This document shows positions 12,019 to 23,265 of a stretch of DNA of 64,000 bases, piece after piece. Below the pieces are notes generated by a model, which was not told the DNA's origin, did no database searches, and saw only the letters and a list, made by a program, of their open reading frames with translations. This stretch comes from Vitrella brassicaformis CCMP3155 (lineage: Eukaryota; Protista; Chromerida), in contig CDMY01000040.1 of NCBI GenBank assembly GCA_001179505.1, forward strand, positions 124,001-188,000. Direction: 5' to 3'. The translations under genes and the position numbers were made by a program. How positions within the stretch are numbered: the first letter of the stretch is position 1; every line of letters begins with the position of its first letter.

Positions 12019-15000
12019 ATGTCGGTGCCGCCAGGCCAGCCCGCCAAGTCGCCCTCCTCCCTCCCCCCACCAGAACCGGAACCCGAAGTCGTCGATTCCG
12101 ACTCGAGCAACGAGCAGCCCCCGGCACGCTCACCTGCAGACAGGGGAGGCCTCTCTAACCAAGCGCCGGAACAGGCGGCGAGCAAGGAGGGGGCAGCAGG
12201 GGAGAGAGCGGACATGGACGTCGATCGTGGTGGCGGCGGCGGCGGCGGTGGTGGTGGTGGTGGTGCGGCGAAGAGTCGTGGGAGGCCCAAGAGGAAAGGA
12301 GAGGACAAGCAGCAGCAGCAGCAGCCAGAGGGAGGTGCCGACCGACCGAAGCGGAACAAGCGCAACGCTGCTGACAAGGCGGGCTCGGCTGGAAATCTCC
12401 CTGACAACCTCGTCAAGAACCTCTTCCCCTCCCAGGCGGACAAGATGGTCAAGAAGAAGCGAAAAGACAAGGACAAGGACAAGGACAAGGACAAAGACAA
12501 GGACAAAGACAAGGGCGGACCTGCTGACATGCAACGCGACAACCGCCACGCACAGCCGCCACCAGCGCACCACTCATCTACCAAGCATCTGCCCGACGGT
12601 GGTGAGTACCTGTCTGGTGAGAAGAAGCAGCTCTTGATGGAGTCGTTGAGGGGCTTCCTACTGGACAACGGGCTGCTGGTGACGGGCAAGCAGGTCCGTG
12701 TGGCCGTCGAGCGGAAGCTTCAGGTGTCATTCCGCAGCCATCGCAAGGACTTCATGACCGTCGTGGACGAGTGCATCCAATACCTAGCCAAGAAGGGCAA
12801 ACTCGGTCAGTCACAAAGCCAATCAACAAACACAGAGAAATCGACTGGTTGACACGCCAATGTGTCGGGTATCTGTGCGTTCAGCCAACCAGCCTTCTGA
12901 CGCGCACTCATCGGCTCGCCAGGGAGCGCAAAAGCGCCAGGGGTCGGCCCCGCCAGTCGGAGAGCGTCCACTGAAGCGGCCGAAGGGCTCTTCCTTCTCC
13001 ATTATGGACTCTGACAGCCACAAGGACAAGCAGCGACGATCGACTGGCGACATCTCCCGAGGCGCCGTGGACGGCCCCAAGGGAGGAGCCCACCCTCCCA
13101 AGTCAAACGCGCCCCCCTCCCCCTCACCTGACCCCGCTGCCCCGCCAGGGTCCCTCCCAGGCCAATATCGATGGGCCCCAGGGCAGCAAAAGCGACGCAA
13201 GAAGCGACGCGTGGCCTACCGCGTCCCGTGGTCGTGCCCGCACCGGTATCTGCACCCCAGGAGCCAGTGCCTGGCGTGCATCGTGCGGTGCGGCGGCGGC
13301 AAAGACAGGATGGACTCGCTCACGGCGCACAAGATGTTGATGGATGCGGATGGAGGGGGGCATGAGGATCCCACAGCCGGCCACGAGTGGGTGAGCGACA
13401 TGTTCGGGAGCGATGACGACATGAGCGGCGTGGAGACAGAAGGGCGCGACGACGGGCCGGGGGAGGGTGAGAGGTGCTCGGTGGCCTTCCTGGATCGGTT
13501 CGCCATGTGTGGGGAGCTGGACCGGCGCGGCCGGGCGTTGGCGCAGGGCGACAGCGGGGCGCATGGACAAGCGCAGGAGGAGATGAAGCGGTTGAGCGAG
13601 GAGCTGCACCGCCGATGGGCTGCCCACTGCAAGAGACTGACTCTGACCGTCAAGTGAGAGAAGGAGGGAGGAACATGTCTGCATGGACCCACGCCCTCAG
13701 CCCATGTTTGCCATGTTTTGCCATGTGTGTTGTGCTGTGTTGCGGCTGCCTCAGTCTTCTTGATGAGGACTCTGGCGGCGAGGAGGCCGGCCCCGAGCAG
13801 CAGTGGGGCTCGTTCCTGCGTGGTGCCTTCGACAAGGTCATCGCGCAGACAATCGCTGAGGGCAGCTTCGCCGACAAGCCCACTCCTGCCATACGCAAAC
13901 GCCTCAAACAGCTGGGTGCGTCGCTCGCACAGACGCNNNNNNNNNNNNNNNNNNNNNNNNNNNNNNNNNNNNNNNNNNNNNNNNNNNNNNNNNNNNNNNN
14001 NNNNNNNNNNNNNNNNNNNNNNNNNNNNNNNNNNNNNNNNNNNNNNNNNNNNNNNNNNNNNNNNNNNNNNNNNNNNNNNNNNNNNNNNNNNNNNNNNNNN
14101 NNNNNNNNNNNNNNNNNNNNNNNNNNNNNNNNNNNNNNNNNNNNNNNNNNNNNNNNNNNNNNNNNNNNNNNNNNNNNNNNNNNNNNNNNNNNNNNNNNNN
14201 NNNNNNNNNNNNNNNNNNNNNNNNNNNNNNNNNNNNAGGTGGCACAGGCAGCCCGGGAAGGGGACCCCTCCTCCCTCTCCCCCCCTTTCTCTCCTTCCCC
14301 CGTGCCCTTCTTCCTTTCCCATCTGCTGGCCAGCACACCCATCCCCCCGAACATGGACCCCTCATTCGACCTATCATCGCCCCGCCCATACACAGAGGAG
14401 CTTGACGCACCCGGCGCTGTCACAGCCCACCACCACAACCAACACCAGCTGCAGCCGCACGACACGGCCGCCCGCAACCACAAGCCCAGCCCTGACGAGA
14501 AATGCCATTCAGATGACCGTCAAGGCGCACCAGTGTCGGCCGGCACGGCGCTCGTACCTCGCACACTGCAATGCGGCGGGGAAACCGACCGGACATCACT
14601 GCTGCGAGAAATGCTAGCCGACGAAGGAGTTCGGCGCAGCGTCGGCGCGGCTGCATGTTCGGTGCTGAGGCAGTTTGCCGCGGGTGGTGGTGGTGGTGCT
14701 AGCACGCAGCAGCAGGATGGGAGCAACTCCAGCCAGAAGTGGGTGCAGACCATCGTGGGCAACCACCTGCTCTCGTGTATCCAAGACCGCCCAATGTCAC
14801 CCGAGGTCGCACCCGCCCAGCAGCAGCAGCAGCAGCATGGATCGTCGTCGAGTCGCCAGGGCATGATCGAGCCGGAGAAGCCGATGGCTGCCGACAATTG
14901 TGTTGATGGCGGCATGAGCGGTGGGATGCGTGGTGGCAATACCGGGGTGCGGGGTGGGGATGGAGAGGCCACCGTACATGTGACCAAGGAGCAGGTACGA

Positions 15001-15117
15001 CGAATGTGGCTGACATCCGATGGCATGGGCATGGACATTCACATGTGTCTTCCTCATTCACAGGTGCTCAAGGTACTCGCTTGGGCGCTCCAGTCCAATC
15101 AATCAATCCTTGCATGA
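12019..15117 (+). CDS. Chromatin-associated protein: AT-hook, (KD)n tract, DEK_C-like domain, C/H knuckle, low-complexity C-terminus; spans the gap
   Basis: AT-hook KSRGRPKRK; DEK_C-like KKQLLMESLRGFLLDNGLLVTGKQVRVAVERKLQVSFRSHRKDFMTVVDECI. A phase-1 intron 12806-12884 joins ORF 12019 to ORF 12860 in frame. CPHRYLHPRSQCLAC follows. Last exon VLKVLAWALQSNQSILA-TGA. Confidence 0.7.
13937..14236. other. Assembly gap (300 N)
   Basis: Run of N. Confidence 1.
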
Positions 15118-15579
15118 ACGATGTTCTCTGTACGTCTGACACCGTGACGTACTGACGTCTGATTGTACGTGGATGCATCGTGCGTCGTCCAGGTGAATGT
15201 GAGAGTTTGAGTGGACTCGATACACGAGGGTCCATGGAGGGAGGGAGGGAGGGTTCGTACGCTCACTGGCTGACCGACCGACCGACTGAGCCTGAGATTG
15301 ATCCATACGCATGAAGTCCAGTGCATACGTACACTTGATGTCATTTTCAAGCACGTACGTACCAACTACCAACACACCTGGCTACGCGACTCTCAACCCC
15401 CGTTGCTACCCACCCGCCCATTCACCCAATCACCGTGGCTGCATGCATTCGCGGCCGACAGTATCTGTCCATGCCCACTGAGACGATACATGCTCCTCCT
15501 CCCACTCAGACCATCCGAGAGGCAGCCGAATGCAAACTACGTCATGGCTGGCTACTTGAGGCGAAAGAGAATGCTACTT

Positions 15580-15785
15580 TTGGCGCGTTCTTCCTGACGC
15601 CGCTTGCTTCTGGCTGAGGATATCACATCCCGCCTGCCTTGCCTGGATTTGCTTCCTTGAAGCGCTCTGCTTGCTTTGGTTACTTCCATTTGTGTGTGTC
15701 TTCCCTCGATTTGAAGCCCGTCGAGGCTCACGGCCTGGCGCGGAGAATCTTCCTATGCCGATCCCCTCGTTGAGCTTGCGCAGAA
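15580..15785. repeat. Composite dispersed repeat: left part matches 1167-1261, right part matches ~34172-34245
   Basis: The right part shares tcgatttgaagcccgtcg, ctggcgcg and tcttcctatgccgatcccc, in the same order, with 34172-34245. Confidence 0.8.
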
Positions 15786-16029
15786 GCTGTGCGACGGACT
15801 GCACGTCATCTGACACACATCACACAAAAGACAGCACCCCTGCGTACACGAGACAGCACCCACGTACCCAATTGCAATGTCAGCTCGACGTGCTGCTTGT
15901 CCGAGGCCTCTCCTGGTCTCTCACACGCACTGCTGCCGTCGACCGTCCTCTCGTCACCCTCCTGCCCATGCGTCGTCTTGTCTTGCTGTCCAGACGGCCC
16001 CAGCACGAACAGGGAGGGGAGAGAGGGGG

Positions 16030-19000
16030 AGGGCGCACGGTGAGCACGAGACAATGGTGACTTGTCTGCTGAGGCACGTCTGGGCTTGGTCGAGGTGGCC
16101 GATTCGTTCAACCTGCGGACGCTGTCTGTGGACTTGCTGAGGTCACGGCTCTTCTGTGTGGGGCGCAAACCAGAGAGCGAGATGGGCATTGCGCGTCTGT
16201 GTCCTTCTTACCCTGTCTCCGCCTTTGGTGGACGCCCTACGATAGTAGTAGCGGCCGTTGCGTGGCTGGTCGTGTCTCTTGTTGTTGCTGTGTGTCTCCG
16301 TAGTGTCGCTCGACCGCAAGCTTTTGAGGAAGGACTCGTGTTGCTGCAATTCCCCCACCCATCCATCCATCCACCCATATCAACGAGACAATGTCCGTTC
16401 CTCCTTGCCTTCTCCCTGGCTGTGTTCCTGTGTGTGTGGGTCACTCATTTCGTTACCTTGATTGGCGTGTCAAGACGCTTTTCATCCCGGCTTCTCTCGC
16501 GTTCAAAACCTGCGGATACACAGACATGCGCCACACAGGACAGGCACTCGCGCGCACGGTCAGTCACACTCAGTCCCTCACTTACGCCGCTGCAGCTCTT
16601 CTTTGACGGTGGGAGTGGAACTGCATGGACATCCACATCCACACAAAGGCTGCCCGCTTGCATGCTGAGCGCACTCGTGTGTTCAGTCACTCACGCGGTC
16701 ATCTTCTGCACCGTCTCCGGACGCACCGAACTCAGGAACTGAAATCAGAATAGCGATGTCTCTGGTGGTGTGTGTGACTGGCAGACTCATTGACAGGCTG
16801 ACCGACGAGGTATACTGCGAGTTTAGCCTCTTGACGACCCGCGTCACCTCGGGCGCCGACCGGCGGGGAGCGGCCGAGGGCGTCAGCGAACGCAGCGACT
16901 GCACAGCACACGACGTGAGCAGGAAGGAATACGGCTCCTGCGTACGGATGAGTGCCCTGACCTCTGAGTGTGACAGCATGGACCGCGTAGGTGTCCTTGG
17001 TAGGGGCTGCATGTACACCTGTACACACATACAGACATATACACACATGAGCTCACATAGCCAGCGATTGACGCACGCACTGCTTCGCTCACCGACCGGT
17101 GTGTGTCGGTAATCGGTCGGCTCTTGCCGCAGGCTGTGCGCGGGAGACGAGGCGCGCCGCCTCTCGTGCTGCTGATATGCCGTCATCTGAACACACAGGC
17201 AGACACAAAAGCATATCTGAACTCGTGTGTGAACGTCCGTGATGGACTTGTACGTGCTCGAATGCATAGGACGTGTCGCGTAGCCCGCTCTCCCACACGC
17301 CCTTCGGACCCCGAAGAATAAGGACAATGATTGCAGCTGGGCACAGGTCTATTCCGTCACCTTGTTGGTGCCCTTGTATTCATCCCCTTGCGACAAATAC
17401 ATACTCTTTCTCTCTGCATATCAGACAGCAATCTGCATCCTTGGACCAATCCCTGCGCAAATGTCTCACCGATCAGCCGAGGCGCGACCCCTTGACCCAA
17501 TTCAGCACCAAACTGACACGAGAGACACACACCCGTCACGGCGACATATTCATGTCCTGTGTGGCCGCCTGTACCCGCTCTGCAGGCAGCCTCACACTCA
17601 AGCGGTCCCACTGCACCCAAACAGGAGTACACACGGCCTCTCACAATGGTGCCAACCACAATGTGATGACGTGTCTCTCGTGTAAGTATTCCTGAAGGTT
17701 GATTCTGTCGCCGGCTCCGACGGGCATCGTCAGCATGTGCGCGGGCAGGGCGGGTGGCGTGCTGCTCCGCTTCCCGGCCAGACGTAACGGCCCCGACAGT
17801 GCAAGCGAGGGGCGAGACGCCCTCTTGCCAATGCCAGCCGCCGTGTGGAATGGGAGCCTGGATGTGAGACATAGTTGGAACCGTGTGGCTGGCTTTCAAT
17901 GTGCTTCAGCCTCACCCAACAAGAGAGGATGAGCAGTAGGCCTCGGTTGGCGGGATGCGCACAGTCGCAGAGACAAAACCTACCGTCTGGCGTGTGGCGG
18001 CGTGTAAGATGGCCCATCTCCCTCTCATGCGGCACGACGAGCTGTCCATATCCCTGCACATTCACGGGAATGTGAGAGCGGAGAGCCCGTAATATCTTTT
18101 TGTCTGGACGATGAGGTCTTGAGTACGTCAAAACAGTGCTCACTTGAGAGATATGTGTGCCTCGCCGTAGAGGTACACGCTTGGCATGTTGGGCGCCTGT
18201 GCCTGGCCGGGGAAGAAGTGCCCGTACACAGATACCACCAACATCTTCACACACAACACGCAAAGACGATCCATCCATTCGCACTTGTGTTGTCTTCTTG
18301 CATGTAGCGCATTGATGTAGCGTCGCGTTTCACCGTGGTGGATTCCTGCTTATGCAAGGTGATCTGGTGCTGGTACAGGGAGCAGGTGCTCTGCAAAGGA
18401 CAGCACGCCTCATCGGACCACGCCCAAGGACGAATTGGTTTGCTGATCGAACCTCTGCATTGACTAGCGGCGTCTGGGTTCCAGCAACCTCTACGCACAG
18501 AACAGGCAGCTCACAGCACCAGAAAGAGCACAATGTAGGCTGCCCTGCCGGCCTGGCTGCCTCCCTGTGTGTGTGCGGGTCACCTTCTGTGTTAGGAAAT
18601 TGTGCATTGCAGCTGTACATGCAGAAACCGTGGTCCCCCAAGTGTGATCCCCGCATCCCCTCCAGCCTCTCCAGTGTCAGCCACACCACCGCTGGACACC
18701 CACCCTCAGTGGCCGTCTTGTCTGTCCCCCCTTGGCTGTGGTGCGATGTCTCCACCATCGCATGAGCACTAGAACTCCCTTTGCGCCTCTTGCCCTTCTT
18801 CACTTTTGCACCTCGCAACGCCGCCCCCTTTGTCTGTGTGGGCAGGGAAGCCGAGGCGTTGTCGTGATATGGCTGTGCAATGAAGGGAGGAGCCATGGGG
18901 TATGCGGGCCAGGCGAGTGGGACAGTGGCCGGGGTGAAAGGCGGCACTGCCCTGAGAGAGAAAGATAGAGCGAGACATGTGAGTCAAACGTTCGTGCGAT

Positions 19001-19343
19001 GCTCGCAATCCGTGGACCGCAGTGGAGGTGAAGGCGGCTTGACGAAGGGCGTGAAGGGGGGAGACGGGTATGCGGCTGGCAAATGGGGAGACGGCGGGAC
19101 CCGATGCCATTGGGGAACATCTGATGCAGACAAACAAGCAATATCTCACTGCAAAAGAGGCTGGGCGCGCGTCCCTCTGCACTGCCACACCTTACGACCA
19201 GTACTGACGTCGCAATCTGCGATGCGCTTTGCCACTGTAGGAGTCTGTTGCGAGCTGAAGCCTGCAAGATGCGAGAGCTCGCCACAGTCTTGAAAATCCA
19301 TGGTTGTTGCCCCCTTGGTCATCGCAGTTGTTCTTCTGCCCAC
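16030..19343 (-). CDS. Putative multi-exon low-complexity gene or genes, no recognisable domain
   Basis: Exon-like minus-strand blocks (KSRDLSKSTDSVRRLNES, RSLTPSAAPRRSAPEVTRVVKRLNSQY, PLAWPAYPMAPPF...KKGKRRK, MDFQDCGELSH) separated by microsatellite-rich intron-like DNA; linkage unverified. Confidence 0.35.
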
Positions 19344-19435
19344 AAGTAAGTGGATGGGGTATGGCTGGGGCCAATGATAGCGAGGTGCACACTGACAGTC
19401 GTGAAATATGTTGCTGCCACTAGTGCTTCTCTACC

Positions 19436-21505
19436 ATGCGCGAGGAAATGAAAAGCTGGTGCGAGGGGAACGGTGGGATGCTAGTCCCGGGGTCCTGCGC
19501 GGAGAAGAAAGAGACGACAGAGGTGGGTGACCTGCACAGATAATCAGAGGAGACACAAGCATACATGCATCCACGGCCTGCTCCTGTCTGCCGTTGAGGT
19601 GAAACAAGAAGCAGGGTGGCGGGCGGACTCCGGTTTCTCTTATGCAGGGCGGCGGGCGACAGGAGCTGCGTGACATCTATGAGCAGCTGCGGTGGGTAAA
19701 GGCACAGCTGCCGACGCTCGAGGCGCTGGTGAGTGAGTGAGTGAGGGATACGGGTGAATGGATGGATGGATGGATGGGTGGGTGGGTGCGTGTGCAGCTG
19801 ACGGGGCACGTCAACCGACTGGACCAAATCGTCAATTTCCTGCGCTCCATCTGGGTGTTTCCTGAGAATGCACTCACCGCACAACCATCCGCAGACAAAC
19901 ATCACAATGTGTGTTTGTCAGGAGCCTGAGCCCCCCCGCTTCCCCATGTGCGGAGTGTGGCTGGGGGCGTGACGCCGCCGCGTGTGAGGCAGGGGGAGCT
20001 GGAGGCACGTGTAGATTGGACATATATTAGGGAGGCACATACGTTTCAGGATGGCACAATGAACGTGCCTCGTTTTTGCTGTCTTGTGCAGGAGCAGCCA
20101 TCTGCTGCAGCCGAGGGTGCACGACAGGAGGCAGGTGGAGAGACACAGCGCAAGGATGAGACAATACCTGGTAACGCGCAAAAGACAAATGCTGTGGAGT
20201 CGTTCGGATGCGTATGCAGAGGCCGAGCTGCCGAGTGACGAGGTGGGTCGACCGAGTACGACAGCGAGGAACGAGCCGGATGGCATGACTGATCGACACA
20301 GACACCAATTGCCCATGAAGGCTAAGCAGACGATGCTTCTCCTTGCACTCAGGCCGAAGCGCTCAGCGAATCTGCCGTGAGGGCGCCCAAGAAGGCGATG
20401 CGCGGAGCCATGACGAGCGTGCTCTTCGTCCTGAAAAGCGAAGACATGGGCCGGAGGAAATACATGGAGGACAGGCACAAGGTGGTCGACAGCTTCACTG
20501 GCGGTGGGAGACACACAGCTTCGCATAGACATCCATGATGTCTCTCTCTCTGTGTGTGCTGTTCAGTCTATGACGGTCATGGCGGCGAGAAGGTTGCCGA
20601 CTATGTGAAAGAGAAGCTGCACGAGACACTGGCGGAGAAGCTGCAGCAGTCGAACTCCGATGTGAAGGAGAGCTTGCGCCAAACATTCCTCGAGGTGGAA
20701 GTAAAGCTCCACGACGTCGACATGAAAAGCGGCACCACAGCCACCGTGTGCGTCGTCCATCCGAAGACACAGAAGGAGGAGAAAGACCAAACCCTCACGT
20801 GTGCCAACGTCGGTGACAGCCGTGGCGTGCTCGTCAGTGGAGATGGCCAGACGCAACGAGTCACCACAGAGCACAAGGCAGGTGAGGAGGCGGAGCGCGC
20901 CAGGATCAAGGAAGCAGGAGGAGTGGTCTGGTTTTTGGGTACCTGGCGAGTGGGCGGAGAGCTCGGTAAGCAGGATGGGCCCCCAGCCAGACACACTCCA
21001 GACGGGATCCATCTTATCACCTTCCCTGCTTTCCGTCCTCTCAAGCCGTGAGCCGCGCTCTGGGTGACCTGAACTTCAAGGAGAGAAAAGCCGGCAGGGG
21101 CTGCACGGCGGAGCCGTCTATCTTTGAGAGGACCTGAAGAACGCCCAGTACGTGATCTTGGCTTCAGATGGGTGTGCATTCGCGCATACCCAAAGATGTA
21201 ATGCGCCTCTATCTTTCTCTCTTGTCTCTTGCAGACTGTGGGACAAGGTGGACGACAAGGAGGCGGCTGAGGTCGCTCGAAGATGCGAAGGTGGGACGGC
21301 GGCCAAGGCTCTGGTGGGCAGGTCTCTCTCTTTGCTGCGACATTTATTGTGGGTTGTGGAAGGAAGAGACAACAAGACTATACTAGGTGGTATTTGCATA
21401 GGAAGTAGGGCTGTTGGCGATTTTGGTGGGGCATGTCTTGTACTGTACACAATCGATACTGGACACACTCTTCATGGGATGCATTGCGATCATCCATCAG
21501 TGTAG
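19436..21505 (+). CDS. Protein phosphatase 2C (PPM family) with a coiled-coil N-terminus; 1-nt frameshift at ~21130 as assembled
   Basis: Motifs GRRKYMEDRH, VYDGHGG, SGTTA, CANVGDSR, HK, RVGGELAVSRALGD, ILASDG-LWD and a DN-like GRDNKT. The 3' end is uncertain. Confidence 0.9.
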
Positions 21506-21607
21506 GCAGTCACTCGACGCACATGTACGCGTGAAACAGAGTCATGCCATCAGTAGTCGCTCAACTTCTACACGACAACACCCACGTGTCTTCCAGCCAC
21601 TGCTGCG

Positions 21608-22445
21608 TCACCTTCCCGCCCTGAAGGACGCGAGCAGCTTCTGTGGTAGTCCCTTTCTCTCCTTGGGCGTGTGCACCAACTCCCCGTCCTTGACCTGCGT
21701 CGTACAGCAAAAGGCACCAATACATGGCATGTGAAAGCACGTGTAAGTCCCGTCAGTGTGGAGATGGTTGTGCGGCACTGACCATTTGTTGTTTTGCGTG
21801 GTCCATGACCTCTGCCCGAGGTTGCGACACCTGCAGATGCGAGCCGACGACACTCCGTGCCTCCTGGAGGTACTTGGGGTGGTAGACCAAAAGCTCAGAC
21901 TCGGGTTCTGTACATACGAGCGCAGATGTCCACAGAGACACACAGCCACCAGATGTGAGCCCACAGAAGAGACATTACAGATGTGTGTTATCCCCTTCTT
22001 ACCGAATTCATATCTGAGTCTAATAGCGCTGGTGATTGTGGGCATATATACACATTGCTTCTTCTTGCTGAACTCCTTCTTGGCCGTCTCGGCAGATCTC
22101 ACACGCGACACCAGGCTGTCGGACCGGGCTCGAATCTTGGCCATGATGTTGTAGATGTTCTCCCATTGGACTGGATGGAGTGTGCCGATGACTCTCGGGA
22201 TACTCACATAGAAGCTCCTGGATACAACAGACGGGTACCATGCTGCAAGTGTTTCGACATGACAAATCAGTACTCTTCCGTTTTTCTTTGGATGCCACAG
22301 ATCCCGGTGAATTCGTAGCGGGTGGTGGAGCGGGTGGTGGAGGAAGACACACACACACGGGGGGTTGCTGGCCGGTCCCGCTCGACATAGTTTCACATCG
22401 GGTGCCTGACCAGGCACTAAAGAAGCGTTCACGCGACAACATCAT
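21608..22445 (-). CDS. Hypothetical protein, multi-exon
   Basis: Exons such as HPVQWENIYNIMAKIRARSDSLVSRVRSAETAKKEF, EPESELLVYHPKYLQEARS and VKDGELVHTPKERKGLPQKLLASFRAGR-TGA, with canonical splice sites. Confidence 0.55.
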
Positions 22446-22490
22446 GGCACTCGTGGTCGTCTTTTAGTGCACATGCAAACAAACAACAGA

Positions 22491-22491
22491 A

Positions 22492-22522
<31 letters not shown>
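22491..22522. repeat. (CAGA)n microsatellite, one of many simple repeats in the window
   Basis: Direct reading. Others include (GT)n ~614-637, (CT)n ~4846-4864, (GA)n ~9794-9816, (CA)n ~33750-33772, (GCA)n ~42612-42640 and (CA)n/(GA)n ~61953-62010. Confidence 0.95.
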
Positions 22523-23265
22523 GTGAGCGGCCGGCCTTTTTTGCAATCTTGACAGTCAGCTGACAAATGCGAGCACTCGTGGTCGAGAGAGACACAATCA
22601 CGCAGAGACCTTCTTAGTCACGCGATCAATCAACAACCGACGGACGCAGTGGAAGATTCGCATTGTGCGTGCAGCAGATGACTTGAGCCAACTCCAAATG
22701 CACACGCATAGTCAGCTCACATGGGACATCCATTCATGCAAGGCGGTGGCCATCATTGTCACCCGTGACATCGACGCTGATGAGGAGCTCCTCGTTGCCA
22801 CGTATCACTGCGACAAGAACAAGGTCGTGACGACAGCCCGGGGGTATGAGCTGTAGGCCGGTGCAGCGCAGATGAGCTGCAGTGAGTGGATAGGATATCG
22901 ATGGATTATGAGAGAGTAAGGCCTCGTCAGACCCGTAGGTGTCCACCGTTGGTCGTGTCTATAGAACGTGTATACATGTTGTGTGTGCGTGTGTACGTGT
23001 TGTACATGTTGAGCGTGCCTTCGTGTATCTGTAAGAGTATTTTGCATGAGCTGCCGCTGCCGACCACTCCCCCGCAGACACCCACACTGCACACAATGAA
23101 ACACATACACATCATCTCACGAATGAATGGCTCTTCGCCGAGTGCCACCATACGTGGGGTGGTCAAAGGATGACAAAGAGCACGCCAGCGGCAAAGAGGG
23201 GCAAATCAAAACAAATTGCCTCTGCCTGCACATGCCGTTGCCTTTTCTTCTCCATGCTTTGGCAG

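Noticed and set aside
13216-15117. Long ORFs containing X runs
   Set aside because: Artefacts of translating through the 300-N gap.
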